A stretch of 17,689 nucleotides of DNA. Source: a virus (Duplodnaviria; Heunggongvirae; Uroviricota; Caudoviricetes). Location of the stretch: IMG/VR virus record IMGVR_UViG_2526164690_000042, one strand, 5' to 3'. Shown one piece after another: positions 8,570-16,117 of this stretch; position 1 is the first letter of the stretch, and each line of letters begins with the position of its first letter. Position numbers and translations under genes: made by a program. The notes under the pieces were generated by a model. That model was given only the letters and a program-made list of their open reading frames with translations. It searched no databases and was not told the DNA's origin.

Positions 8570-9331
8570 ATGGAAACCGTATCTGACGCACTGAAAGCAC
8601 TGAAAAAAGCCTCTTCACATGTGGTGGCAGCTCGCCTTGGAATCAGTCGTGAAGAGGCTGTCAACGAGCTGTGGGAACTCAAAAGAAATGGCGTCGTTGA
8701 TAAAACTGGTCACACCTGGTTTCTGGCTGGCGAAGGTGAATCCCGGGTAACCGAAGAGCGGCCAGTAAAATCTGAAGCACAGGATATGCTGACCGGGGAG
8801 GTCGAACAAAAAGTTACCGCAGACATGATGATTGAGTTTATCGGTCAGGATGGGGCTAAAACGTGTGAGGAACTGGCGGGTAAGTTCGGTGTCAGTACTC
8901 GCAAGGTTGCTTCCACGCTGGCGGTGGTAACCGCAACGGGGCGGCTGGCACGCGTTAATCAGAACGGTAAATTTCGTTACTGCATGCCGGGCGATAATTT
9001 ACCAGCAGAGCCGAAAGCCGCGCTGGTAACGGAAAGTGATGGTAAGGCCTTTCCTCAGCCAGCAGGTGCTGCGTTACCAGTCCGGGAAGCCGCAACACAG
9101 GAAGAAATTAAAACAGAAACTGTGGCGGACATTGTGCAGCCGTTGCCATCGTTTACCGAAACGCAAGCAGATGAGCTGATTTTTCCGTCCCTTCGCAGGG
9201 CAAACCTGGCGCTGCGCAGGGCGAAAAGTGATGTTCAGAAGTGGGAGCGAGTCTGCGCCGCGCTGCGGGAGCTGAACAAGTGCCGGGATATTCTCCGGGA
9301 TATTACCGCCACCAGAGAACAGCAGCGGTGA
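8570..9331 (+). CDS. Hypothetical phage protein with two winged-helix-like repeats (YdaW-like position)
   Basis: 253-aa ORF with GGAGGA Shine-Dalgarno. Internal duplicated segments ARLGISREEAVNELWELKRNGVVDKTGHTWFL and AGKFGVSTRKVASTLAVVTATGRLARVNQNGKFRY suggest tandem DNA-binding domains. Confidence 0.7.
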   Translation: METVSDALKALKKASSHVVAARLGISREEAVNELWELKRNGVVDKTGHTWFLAGEGESRVTEERPVKSEAQDMLTGEVEQKVTADMMIEFIGQDGAKTCEELAGKFGVSTRKVASTLAVVTATGRLARVNQNGKFRYCMPGDNLPAEPKAALVTESDGKAFPQPAGAALPVREAATQEEIKTETVADIVQPLPSFTETQADELIFPSLRRANLALRRAKSDVQKWERVCAALRELNKCRDILRDITATREQQR

Positions 9332-9363
9332 GTGGGTGGAAGACGTGGTGCCGGGCGGAAATC

Positions 9364-9645
9364 ATGATACTCCGGCAGTGTGCGGGAACGATGAAGGTAA
9401 AAAGCGTTGGCGCACTTATCGGACGAACTGAAGCGGCAGTGAGAACGAAGGCACGGGAGCTGGGCATCAGCATGATGTTACGTGGTGATTTTCACCCGTC
9501 GGCAAAATATTCTCAGCGTGATATTGAGCTGGCGCGGCAACTGCATCAGAGAGGCATGCAAAGAAGGGAAATTGCCAGAAAATTAGGCATGCCGCTGCGC
9601 ATAGTGAATAACTACGTTTATTTCGACAGGAGGGTGTCTGCGTGA
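9364..9645 (+). CDS. Small HTH-containing hypothetical protein
   Basis: The track ORF 9241..9645 overlaps the upstream gene; the first ATG past that gene's stop is at 9364. HTH-like segment MQRREIARKLGMPLRIVNNYV. The start is uncertain. Confidence 0.4.
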   Translation: MILRQCAGTMKVKSVGALIGRTEAAVRTKARELGISMMLRGDFHPSAKYSQRDIELARQLHQRGMQRREIARKLGMPLRIVNNYVYFDRRVSA

Positions 9646-9869
9646 AAATCCTGTATCAGGATTACGGCCCGGTGGGGCAGGTGGTTATCAGCAGTACTGT
9701 AATGGAGTTTCGGAAGCATAACCGTGTGGTGGATGCTGTGCTGTTAACCTGTCCGGGGATATCGGCGAGTCGTGCAGGTGTGTTTATTATGAAGACGAAA
9801 TTATATGGCAGTAAGGCGTGGATAAAGAAGGCGTATCGTGTAGCGTTGCAGGAGGTTAACAGTGAGTGA
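9642..9869 (+). CDS. Hypothetical small protein (75 aa)
   Basis: GTG start overlaps the stop of the upstream ORF (coupled). No recognisable motif. Confidence 0.35.
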   Translation: MKILYQDYGPVGQVVISSTVMEFRKHNRVVDAVLLTCPGISASRAGVFIMKTKLYGSKAWIKKAYRVALQEVNSE

Positions 9870-10197
9870 AATTAAAGAAATGCCGGTAGTTCGTGACGGA
9901 TATGGCAACTGGACACATCCTGAATATGAAAAATTCTGTGATGGTCGGGAATATATTTCAACGGAAGAGTTTAACGCCTGGATGGAGGAAAATAATCTTC
10001 AATACGTCCTCTGCTTCAGAGATGAAGGATGTGCTGACCTTGATGCGTGTGATGCTGATATTTCTGCATGGGAACCGGAACGACCAGAGGGCGATGGCTG
10101 GTTTATTGGTTCCATTCATGATACGGAAGATGGCCCGGTTGTGTCTGGTTGCGAAATAAGGCTGAAGCATAAAGGCGATAAACCAACTAACAACTAA
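9862..10197 (+). CDS. Hypothetical acidic phage protein (111 aa)
   Basis: ORF in series with neighbours on the same strand. Acidic and Cys-containing (…CFRDEGCADLDACDADISAWEPERPEGDGW…). Confidence 0.5.
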   Translation: MSEIKEMPVVRDGYGNWTHPEYEKFCDGREYISTEEFNAWMEENNLQYVLCFRDEGCADLDACDADISAWEPERPEGDGWFIGSIHDTEDGPVVSGCEIRLKHKGDKPTNN

Positions 10198-10299
10198 ATA
10201 CTGAAGATTTAAATCAGAAACGATTTTTATTAAATCCTTAACCGGAGGGATTCCTGCACCCTCAGAACATCAGGAGGCCGCCCGAAAGGGCGGTAAGAA

Positions 10300-10518
10300 A
10301 TGAAACATTATTTAGAAAAAAATTACCCACGAAAGAGCAGAGCAACAGAGTTTCTGTTTTTCATTCTGTTTATAGTGTTGATGATACCGATATCCCCGCT
10401 ATTACTGGTCTGGATAATTGGAAGGACATTTGAACCAGTTATTGAGCTATATACCGATGTGACATGGGAATCATTCAGCGCACTGCACAATAAAATTAAT
10501 CCGTATAAGGAAAACTGA
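10300..10518 (+). CDS. Small membrane protein (72 aa, one transmembrane segment)
   Basis: Hydrophobic stretch FLFFILFIVLMIPISPLLLVWIIG. Its stop is 1 nt before the start of the DUF551 gene. Confidence 0.5.
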   Translation: MKHYLEKNYPRKSRATEFLFFILFIVLMIPISPLLLVWIIGRTFEPVIELYTDVTWESFSALHNKINPYKEN

Positions 10519-10519
10519 T

Positions 10520-11077
10520 ATGAGCACTATTACCAGAGAACGCGCGGAGATTAAATCATACATCACAGGCTTCCTGAGCGACTCGGCGCACGATAACAAG
10601 TCTTCAGACAGCCTGCTGGCTAATGTGTTTCGTATCGCGCTGGCATCACTGGAAGCAGAGCCGATAGCAATGGTAGTGCCTGATGAAATGGATTTGCTTA
10701 CCTGCCATCTCGACGGTGTAACTAAAACATATGCTGATGGCTGGAACGCCTGCCGCGTCGCCATGCTTCAGGCCGGAAACTTTCGGGAAAATAAGAATTC
10801 GTCAACCAACAATTTTCGGGAAATCTCGGAAACGTCAACCAGATCTCCGATAACTCTGGATGGCTGGATAAGCTGTACTGAGCGAATGCCTGAAAAGAGC
10901 CAGAACGTGCTTATTTCGATGAATATCGATAGCGAGGCTGGGCCATTAATATATTCCGCACGCTATCTCGGAGGCACGTTCCGGCGCGGAGGTATAGCAG
11001 TTAGTCCGGGTAATGATCTTAGGCAAGCAACCCACTGGATGTCGCTACCAGAACCGCCGCAGGAGGTGAATCAATGA
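10520..11077 (+). CDS. DUF551-domain phage protein
   Basis: C-terminal segment DGWISCTERMPEKSQNVLIS…ATHWMSLPEPP resembles the DUF551 signature as I recall it. Confidence 0.75.
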   Translation: MSTITRERAEIKSYITGFLSDSAHDNKSSDSLLANVFRIALASLEAEPIAMVVPDEMDLLTCHLDGVTKTYADGWNACRVAMLQAGNFRENKNSSTNNFREISETSTRSPITLDGWISCTERMPEKSQNVLISMNIDSEAGPLIYSARYLGGTFRRGGIAVSPGNDLRQATHWMSLPEPPQEVNQ

Positions 11078-11367
11078 CCTGGCCTGAAGCATTCACAACG
11101 GTAGGAATTGCGATGGCGGTGGCGCTGGTGGTGTATTCGATTTGCCACTGGGGATAAAAACGGTTTGCGGGAAAAGGATAGTTAAGTAGAATTGCTGCGG
11201 GTGCTTGAGGCTATCTGCCTCGGGCATGAACACCAACGGCAGATAGAGAAAAGCCCCAGTTAACATTACGCGTCCTGCAAGACGCTTAACATTAATCTGA
11301 GGCTCAATCCATGCTGAACACATGTAGGTTAGCCTCTTACGTGCCGAAAGGCAAGGAGAAGCAGGCT

Positions 11368-11523
11368 ATGAAGCAGCAAAAGGCGATGTTAATCGCCCTG
11401 ATCGTCATCTGTTTAACCGTCATAGTGACGGCACTGGTAACGAGGAAAGACCTCTGCGAGGTGCGAATCCGAACCGGTCAGACGGAGGTCGCTGTCTTCG
11501 TAGACTACGAATCTGAGAAGTAA
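11368..11523 (+). CDS. hok: Hok/Gef-family type I toxin (51 aa membrane peptide)
   Basis: MKQQKAMLIALIVICLTVIVTALVTRKDLCEVRIRTGQTEVAVFVDYESEK parallels Hok (…[37 protein letters not shown]). AAGGAG Shine-Dalgarno upstream. The track ORF starts in frame at 11311, which may be a mok-like leader. Confidence 0.85.
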   Translation: MKQQKAMLIALIVICLTVIVTALVTRKDLCEVRIRTGQTEVAVFVDYESEK

Positions 11524-11642
11524 GAGACCAGGCGGGGGAGTAATCTCCCGCCACCTCTGATGTGTCAGGCATCCTCAACGCACCCGCGCTTTACCATACT
11601 GAAAATGCTGTTTGAATGTTCATCTCTGAAAGAGGACTATGA

Positions 11643-11987
11643 ATGAAAAAGGTATTGATTGCAGCACTTATTTCCGGTGTGTCTTTTGGCGCTTTTGCAC
11701 AGCAGGGTGGTTTCCAGGGGCCAGAAGCAGAGCGTTCAACAGTAGCGCAGGCAAAAGAACTGAAGGATGATGCATGGGTTATCCTTGAAGGGAGCATCGT
11801 TAAAAAAGTGGGTGATGAACGTTATGAGTTTCGTGACAATAGCGGGACAATTGTCACGGATATTGATGACAGCGTATGGGCCGGGCAGAATGTTTCTCCG
11901 AAAGACAAAGTAAGAATTGAGGGTGAAATTGATAAAGACCTGAGCAGTGTTGAAGTTGATGTAAAGGCACTGAAATTATTAAAGTAA
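11643..11987 (+). CDS. Periplasmic OB-fold protein of the YgiW/YdeI (BOF) family
   Basis: Signal peptide MKKVLIAALISGVSFGAFA, then a ~95-aa domain resembling YgiW-family stress proteins. Own Shine-Dalgarno (AGAGGA) and a downstream intrinsic terminator. Confidence 0.8.
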   Translation: MKKVLIAALISGVSFGAFAQQGGFQGPEAERSTVAQAKELKDDAWVILEGSIVKKVGDERYEFRDNSGTIVTDIDDSVWAGQNVSPKDKVRIEGEIDKDLSSVEVDVKALKLLK

Positions 11988-12005
11988 CCGCCCCTGCTTG
12001 TTAAG

Positions 12006-12032
12006 CCCGTCTTACTGACGGGTTTTCTGTTT
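12006..12032 (+). terminator. Rho-independent terminator after the BOF-family gene
   Basis: cccgtc-ttact-gacggg hairpin followed by ttttctgttt. Confidence 0.6.
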
Positions 12033-12059
12033 GTACATTCCGGCGTATTGCCTTACAAT
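12031..12059 (+). promoter_or_regulatory. Candidate sigma70 promoter for the downstream DUF968/RusA/Q genes
   Basis: TTGTAC, ~17-nt spacer, TACAAT (12054..12059), about 50 bp upstream of the next ORF. Confidence 0.35.
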
Positions 12060-12108
12060 TCGCGCAGTCAGCCTGAACAACTGACACCTGCTGTCACCGG
12101 AGAATCCG

Positions 12109-12381
12109 ATGACACAACACATAAAATCCCACAATTCTGAAGCCGACCCGGAAATTAAGCAGGGGAGGCGTTTTCGTGCGCCTCAGTATGGCTGGTTTCA
12201 CTATCTGTTCTGTACGATCGATGAGGCAGATATGCTTCAAGAGGCGTATCTGCGTCGCGGTGTCCGTGTGGAGCGGAGTCTGAACGCTGATCGTCTGACC
12301 TGGACCGTTTCTGTATATCTTCCTGTTCGTGCACATCTGCCACGGACACATGCCTGCTACCGTCAGCGCGTCTGGAGGTAA
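12109..12381 (+). CDS. Hypothetical protein (90 aa) preceding the DUF968 gene
   Basis: ATG with GGAG Shine-Dalgarno about 7 nt upstream. It overlaps the DUF968 ORF start by about 50 nt in a different frame, so it may be a separate small gene or a frameshifted N-terminus. Confidence 0.4.
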   Translation: MTQHIKSHNSEADPEIKQGRRFRAPQYGWFHYLFCTIDEADMLQEAYLRRGVRVERSLNADRLTWTVSVYLPVRAHLPRTHACYRQRVWR

Positions 12382-13432
12382 TGTGCGGGTATTACTTCGA
12401 CCTGTTCTGGTTCCGGAACTCGGGCTGGTGGTCCTTAAGCCCGGTCGTGAATCATTGCCAGTTTTTCATCGCGGCAGGGTGCTGGTGGAGCCGGAACCGA
12501 AAAACATGCGGGCGCTGCCATCTGGAGCGGTTCCTACTGTTCGCCAGCCGCTGGCGGAAGATAAATCACTGCTGCCATTTTTCAGCGATGAGCGGGTGAT
12601 TCGTGCAGCTGGCGGCGCTGGTGCACTGTCTGACTGGTTATTACGTCACGTGAAATCCTGCCAGTGGCCACACGGCGATTATCATCACAGCGAAACCGTT
12701 ATTCACAGTTACGGTGCTGGCGCAATGGTGTTGTGCTGGCACTGCGACAACCAGCTGCGCGACCAGACCTCCGAATCACTTGAGCAACTTACTCAACAAA
12801 ATCTGACAGCCTGGATGATTGACGTCATACGCCATGTAATGAATGGCACGCAGGAGCGGGAATTATCGCTGGCTGAATTATCCTGGTGGGCAGTCTGCAA
12901 TCAGGTGGTGGACGCATTACCTGAGGCAGTATCGCGTCGCTCTCTGGGATTACCGGCGGAAAAAATCCGCTCCGTATACCGTGAAAGCGGCATCATACCG
13001 GGAGAACAGACCGCCACCAGCATACTGAAGCAGCGCACAAAAAATATTGCGCTACCGCCTCACACCCACCAGCAACAGAACCCACCACAGGAAAAGACGG
13101 TGGTCAGCATTGCCGTTGATCCGGAGTCTCCGGAATCCTTCATGAAACGACCTAAACGTCGCCGCTGGGTAAATGAGAAATACACACGCTGGGTAAAGAC
13201 ACAGCCGTGTGCGTGTTGTGGTAAGCCAGCGGACGATCCTCATCATCTGATTGGTCATGGTCAGGGTGGAATGGGAACAAAATCCCACGATATTTTCACG
13301 CTACCGCTGTGTCGGGAGCATCACAACGAGCTTCATGCGGATCCGCTGGCGTTCGAAGAAAAGCATGGTTCCCAGGTTGATTTAATTTTTCGTTTTCTTG
13401 ATCACGCCTTTGCAACCGGCGTGCTCGGGTAA
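12329..13432 (+). CDS. DUF968-family phage protein with C-terminal HNH-like Cys/His motif
   Basis: C-terminus …TQPCACCGKPADDPHHLIGHG…LPLCREHHNELH…. It sits immediately upstream of rusA and Q, as DUF968 genes do in lambdoid nin regions. Start is GTG at 12329 or ATG at 12350. Confidence 0.7.
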   Translation: MHICHGHMPATVSASGGNVRVLLRPVLVPELGLVVLKPGRESLPVFHRGRVLVEPEPKNMRALPSGAVPTVRQPLAEDKSLLPFFSDERVIRAAGGAGALSDWLLRHVKSCQWPHGDYHHSETVIHSYGAGAMVLCWHCDNQLRDQTSESLEQLTQQNLTAWMIDVIRHVMNGTQERELSLAELSWWAVCNQVVDALPEAVSRRSLGLPAEKIRSVYRESGIIPGEQTATSILKQRTKNIALPPHTHQQQNPPQEKTVVSIAVDPESPESFMKRPKRRRWVNEKYTRWVKTQPCACCGKPADDPHHLIGHGQGGMGTKSHDIFTLPLCREHHNELHADPLAFEEKHGSQVDLIFRFLDHAFATGVLG

Positions 13433-13444
13433 AAGAGGTTACTG

Positions 13445-13819
13445 ATGCGTATAGAGTTTGTTTTGCTTTACCCGCCGACGGTGAACACCTACTGGCGACG
13501 TCGTGGCAGCACATATTTTGTATCAAAAGCCGGTGAGCGTTATCGCCGGGCTGTGGCGCTTATTGTTCGCCAGCAGCGGCTGAAATTAAGCCTGTCCGGA
13601 AGGCTGGCGATAAAGATTATTGCCGAGCCACCGGATAAGCGCCGCCGTGACCTGGACAATATTCTGAAAGCGCCGCTGGATGCGCTGACGCATGCGGGGT
13701 TGCTAATGGACGACGAGCAGTTTGATGAAATCAATATCGTTCGTGCTCAGCCAGTATCTGGTGGACGTCTGGGGGTGAAGATTTACCCCATAATGCTTGA
13801 AGGGCAGGTCAAAAAATGA
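13445..13819 (+). CDS. rusA: Holliday junction resolvase RusA
   Basis: 124-aa protein with the RusA-like acidic catalytic region …PPDKRRRDLDNILKAPLDALTHAGLLMDDEQ…, at the canonical nin-region position just before Q. Confidence 0.9.
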   Translation: MRIEFVLLYPPTVNTYWRRRGSTYFVSKAGERYRRAVALIVRQQRLKLSLSGRLAIKIIAEPPDKRRRDLDNILKAPLDALTHAGLLMDDEQFDEINIVRAQPVSGGRLGVKIYPIMLEGQVKK

Positions 13820-14637
13820 AACTGGAAGATTTACCGAAATACTACTCCCCAAAATCCCCCGGCCTGACTGATGCATCGGCCTCAACGTCGAAAGATACGC
13901 TGAGTATCACTGATGTGATGGCCGCGCAGGGCATGACACAGAATTGGGCTGAGATGGGGTTTTCTGCGTTCCTTGGGAAAATGGGCATTAGTATGAATGA
14001 CAGAGAGCGGGCAACAGAATTGTTGACAGAATATGCACTCAGTCGGTGTGATCGCGTGGCGGCGTTAAGAAAACTCCCGGCAGAAATAAAACCGGCAGTG
14101 ATGCGTATTATGGCTTCGTATGCGTTTGAAGATTATGCCCGTAGCGCGGCGAGCAAAAAACAGTGCCCCTGTTGTCACGGAAAAAAATTTATTGAAAGCG
14201 AGGTTTTTACAAACAAGATCCAGTATCCGGATGGTAAGCCGCCAGTGTGGGCAAAGTGCACAAAAGGCGTGTATCCGTCTTACTGGGAGGAATGGAAAAA
14301 AGTCAGGGAGGTGGTAAAAGTTGCCTGTCCGGAGTGTGGAGGGAAGGGGGAGGTTTCCACCGCCTGTAAAGATTGTCGTGGGCGCGGTGTTGCCATTCAT
14401 CGTGAAGAGTCGGTAAAACGTGGTATGCCTGTTATCAGAGACTGCCAGCGTTGTGGTGGTCGTGGCTATGAAAGATTACCTTCAACGGAGGCATTTAATG
14501 CCATATGTAATGTGACCGATGCCATATCTCTTGATACATGGAAAAAAACAGTTAAACGTTTTTACGATACGCTGGTGGTGCAGTTTGATATTGAAGAAGC
14601 ATGGGCAGAACAACAACTGAAAAAGGTGACCAGATAG
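13816..14637 (+). CDS. Q: Late-gene antiterminator Q (zinc-finger type)
   Basis: 273-aa Cys-rich protein (CPCCHGK…CPECGGKG…CKDCRGRG…CQRCGGRG). ATGA overlap with rusA. A PR'/qut-like sequence and terminator follow immediately. Confidence 0.8.
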   Translation: MKLEDLPKYYSPKSPGLTDASASTSKDTLSITDVMAAQGMTQNWAEMGFSAFLGKMGISMNDRERATELLTEYALSRCDRVAALRKLPAEIKPAVMRIMASYAFEDYARSAASKKQCPCCHGKKFIESEVFTNKIQYPDGKPPVWAKCTKGVYPSYWEEWKKVREVVKVACPECGGKGEVSTACKDCRGRGVAIHREESVKRGMPVIRDCQRCGGRGYERLPSTEAFNAICNVTDAISLDTWKKTVKRFYDTLVVQFDIEEAWAEQQLKKVTR

Positions 14638-14642
14638 CTTTG

Positions 14643-14676
14643 TTGATTTTTCCCGAATCTGTGGTAAATTTGCCCT
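14643..14676 (+). promoter_or_regulatory. Late promoter PR' with qut-like initial transcribed region
   Basis: -35 TTGATT (14643..14648), 16-nt spacer, extended -10 TGgTAAATT (14662..14670). The downstream sequence taaatttgccctaacgatgggcg resembles lambda PR' as I recall it (taaatttgactcaacgatgggtt). Confidence 0.55.
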
Positions 14677-14717
14677 AACGATGGGCGTTTTATGCCTGAC
14701 GTTAGAAGAATTTCTGC

Positions 14718-14742
14718 AACCCGCCGCCGAGCGGGTTTTTTA
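14718..14742 (+). terminator. Intrinsic terminator downstream of PR' (tR'-like, target of Q antitermination)
   Basis: aacccgc-cgccga-gcgggtt hairpin followed by tttttta. Confidence 0.65.
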
Positions 14743-14781
14743 TTGTCGGAATTAATTACGGACCGTTATTATCCGGCTCCC

Positions 14782-14857
14782 GGCCCTTTAGCTCAGTGGT
14801 GAGAGCGAGCGACTCATAATCGCCAGGTCGCTGGTTCAAATCCAGCAAGGGCCACCA
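14782..14857 (+). tRNA. tRNA with CAU anticodon; ileX/ileZ-like (tRNA-Ile2, lysidine-type) rather than tRNA-Met
   Basis: Cloverleaf readable by eye: acceptor GGCCCTT/AAGGGCC, D-arm GCTC…GAGC, anticodon loop CTCATAA, T-arm GCTGG-TTCAAAT-CCAGC, 3' ACCA. Overall sequence is close to what I recall of E. coli ileX. Confidence 0.85.
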
Positions 14858-14967
14858 TCACAAACCGCCATTAGCTTATCAGGAAGAGCAGACGACACCA
14901 TAACAGGGTTGTTGGTGCGGGGGCGGGTCCCCGATGGCGGTCCATTATCGGTATTCTGCGTTGTTAG

Positions 14968-15044
14968 CTCAGCCGGACAGAGCAATTGCCTTCTAAGCAA
15001 TCGGTCAGTGGTTCGACTCCACTACAACGCGCCACACTTATTTT
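14968..15044 (+). tRNA. tRNA-Arg (anticodon UCU, reads AGA/AGG)
   Basis: Acceptor GCGTTGT/ACAACGC, D-arm GCTC…GAGC, anticodon stem ATTGC/GCAAT with loop CTTCTAA, T-arm AGTGG-TTCGACT-CCACT, 3' GCCA. Confidence 0.85.
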
Positions 15045-15056
15045 CCAGGCTCGCTT

Positions 15057-15082
15057 CGGCGGGCCTTTTTTGTATCTGCGCA
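15057..15082 (+). terminator. Intrinsic terminator after the tRNA pair
   Basis: aggctcgc-ttcg-gcgggcct stem with one mismatch and a UUCG-type tetraloop, followed by ttttttg. Confidence 0.5.
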
Positions 15083-15204
15083 CGCCCGGCGCATATCAAC
15101 CACAGAGTCCGTTTCGGGGGTGAGCTTACGGAGTGGTCAGTGTGACTTTCTCTGTGGGCAGATCGCTCCCGGGCGTTGGCTCACCCACCCAAAGGAACGT
15201 CACG

Positions 15205-15636
15205 ATGTTTAGAATCTTCAAAAAGAAAACCCGCAGAGCGGCAGCGGAAATTAAAAAGTTTGAGAAACGCGATCTGGCACAGGCGGTGATTAACGCTGCA
15301 TACCTGGTGGCCTATGCAGATGGTGAATGCGAGGCATCCGAGAAAGCGAAGATCGAACAGGTCTTACGTAATCAGCCTGCGTTGTCTGCGTTTACCTCGG
15401 AAATTAATGCGATTAGCGCAACTATTATCGGTCAGCTGGATACCAATTTTAAAATTGGTCGTCGTGCCGCGTTACGCGAGATTGAGGATGTGAAACACGA
15501 TACGCGTGAAGCGGAAGATGTGCTGGATGTGGCGGTGGCCATTGCGGAGGCAGACGGCGAAATTGAGCCGGAAGAGCGCAAGGTGCTGGAAGAGATTGCC
15601 GGTGTTCTGGGTCTTCGTCTGGAGAATCACCTGTGA
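15205..15636 (+). CDS. TerB-like (tellurite-resistance TerB family) protein
   Basis: ATG at 15205 with AAAGGA Shine-Dalgarno (the track ORF begins with GTG at 15133). Acidic helical protein with TerB-like features (…DLAQAVINAAYLVAYADGECEASEKAKIEQVL… and …DVLDVAVAIAEADGEIEPEERKVLEEIAGVLGL…). Confidence 0.75.
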   Translation: MFRIFKKKTRRAAAEIKKFEKRDLAQAVINAAYLVAYADGECEASEKAKIEQVLRNQPALSAFTSEINAISATIIGQLDTNFKIGRRAALREIEDVKHDTREAEDVLDVAVAIAEADGEIEPEERKVLEEIAGVLGLRLENHL

Positions 15637-15884
15637 CGGTAAAACTGCGCCTGGCTGTGGCTGCACTCCTGCTGTTTCTGGTGGTGATGGTGGATTTCAC
15701 CAGCAGAATCATGTCGGTGCTGGCGGATGGGGTGCTGGTCTGCGGCATTGTGGTATTGCTGTGGCCGGTGATAAAAAGAACAGCCTGCATAATGCTTGAT
15801 TTTTTTGTTTACTGTTTATTAAAAATACTACTGCATGGTGAATCCCCCTGTGCGGAGGGGCAATCAGCAACCAGGTATATGTGA
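15633..15884 (+). CDS. Small hydrophobic membrane protein coupled to the TerB-like gene
   Basis: GTG start overlaps the TerB-like stop. Two hydrophobic segments (LAVAALLLFLVVMV and GVLVCGIVVLLWPVI). The C-terminal end and exact start are uncertain. Confidence 0.4.
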   Translation: MTVKLRLAVAALLLFLVVMVDFTSRIMSVLADGVLVCGIVVLLWPVIKRTACIMLDFFVYCLLKILLHGESPCAEGQSATRYM

Positions 15885-15966
15885 TAATCGCGGATTCAGG
15901 TGCTGATACTGAATTCACCGGGAGGCACCCGGCACCATGCAAGAAAAAGAATGTGCATGCAAACAT

Positions 15967-15990
15967 GCCCCTCTCCGGAGGGGCTTTTTT
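15967..15990 (+). terminator. Intrinsic terminator (plus strand) ending the TerB-like/membrane unit
   Basis: gcccctc-tccg-gaggggc hairpin followed by tttttt. Confidence 0.6.
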
Positions 15991-15995
15991 ATGGG

Positions 15996-16021
15996 TAAAA
16001 AATGCCCGAATGGGTTCGGGC
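15996..16021 (-). terminator. Candidate minus-strand intrinsic terminator, convergent with the previous one
   Basis: Plus strand aaaaaat-gcccgaa-tggg-ttcgggc. On the minus strand this is a 7-bp hairpin followed by a T-run. Confidence 0.4.
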
Positions 16022-16117
16022 AATAGCATGAGATACTGATATTGTTGTGTTGTTATCGTGTGGATTTTAACCAGGGTTTATCAGGCTGCGCAACTGCGTG
16101 GCCTTTTTTCATTTCTT

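Noticed and set aside
11093-11323. 76-aa minus-strand ORF upstream of hok
   Set aside because: Proline-rich translation with no ribosome-binding site, overlapping the structured hok leader. Any antisense RNA here is more likely to be non-coding.
11524-11560. Hairpin after hok as a rho-independent terminator
   Set aside because: The GC hairpin is not followed by a T-tract. It is more consistent with the structured 3' end typical of hok mRNAs, so it is discussed under the hok finding rather than listed as a terminator.
14858-14967. Possible third tRNA between the two tRNA genes
   Set aside because: No acceptor/T-arm pairing or GTTC-type T-loop could be found by eye, so no tRNA is called there.
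15937-16026. 29-aa Cys-containing mini-ORF with upstream GGGAGG
   Set aside because: It runs across two terminator hairpins, so the hairpins are the more economical explanation. Too short to support without expression data.
15449-16029. Minus-strand ORFs of 64-113 aa antisense to the TerB-like and membrane genes
   Set aside because: Antisense to better-supported genes, with Pro/Arg/His-rich composition.
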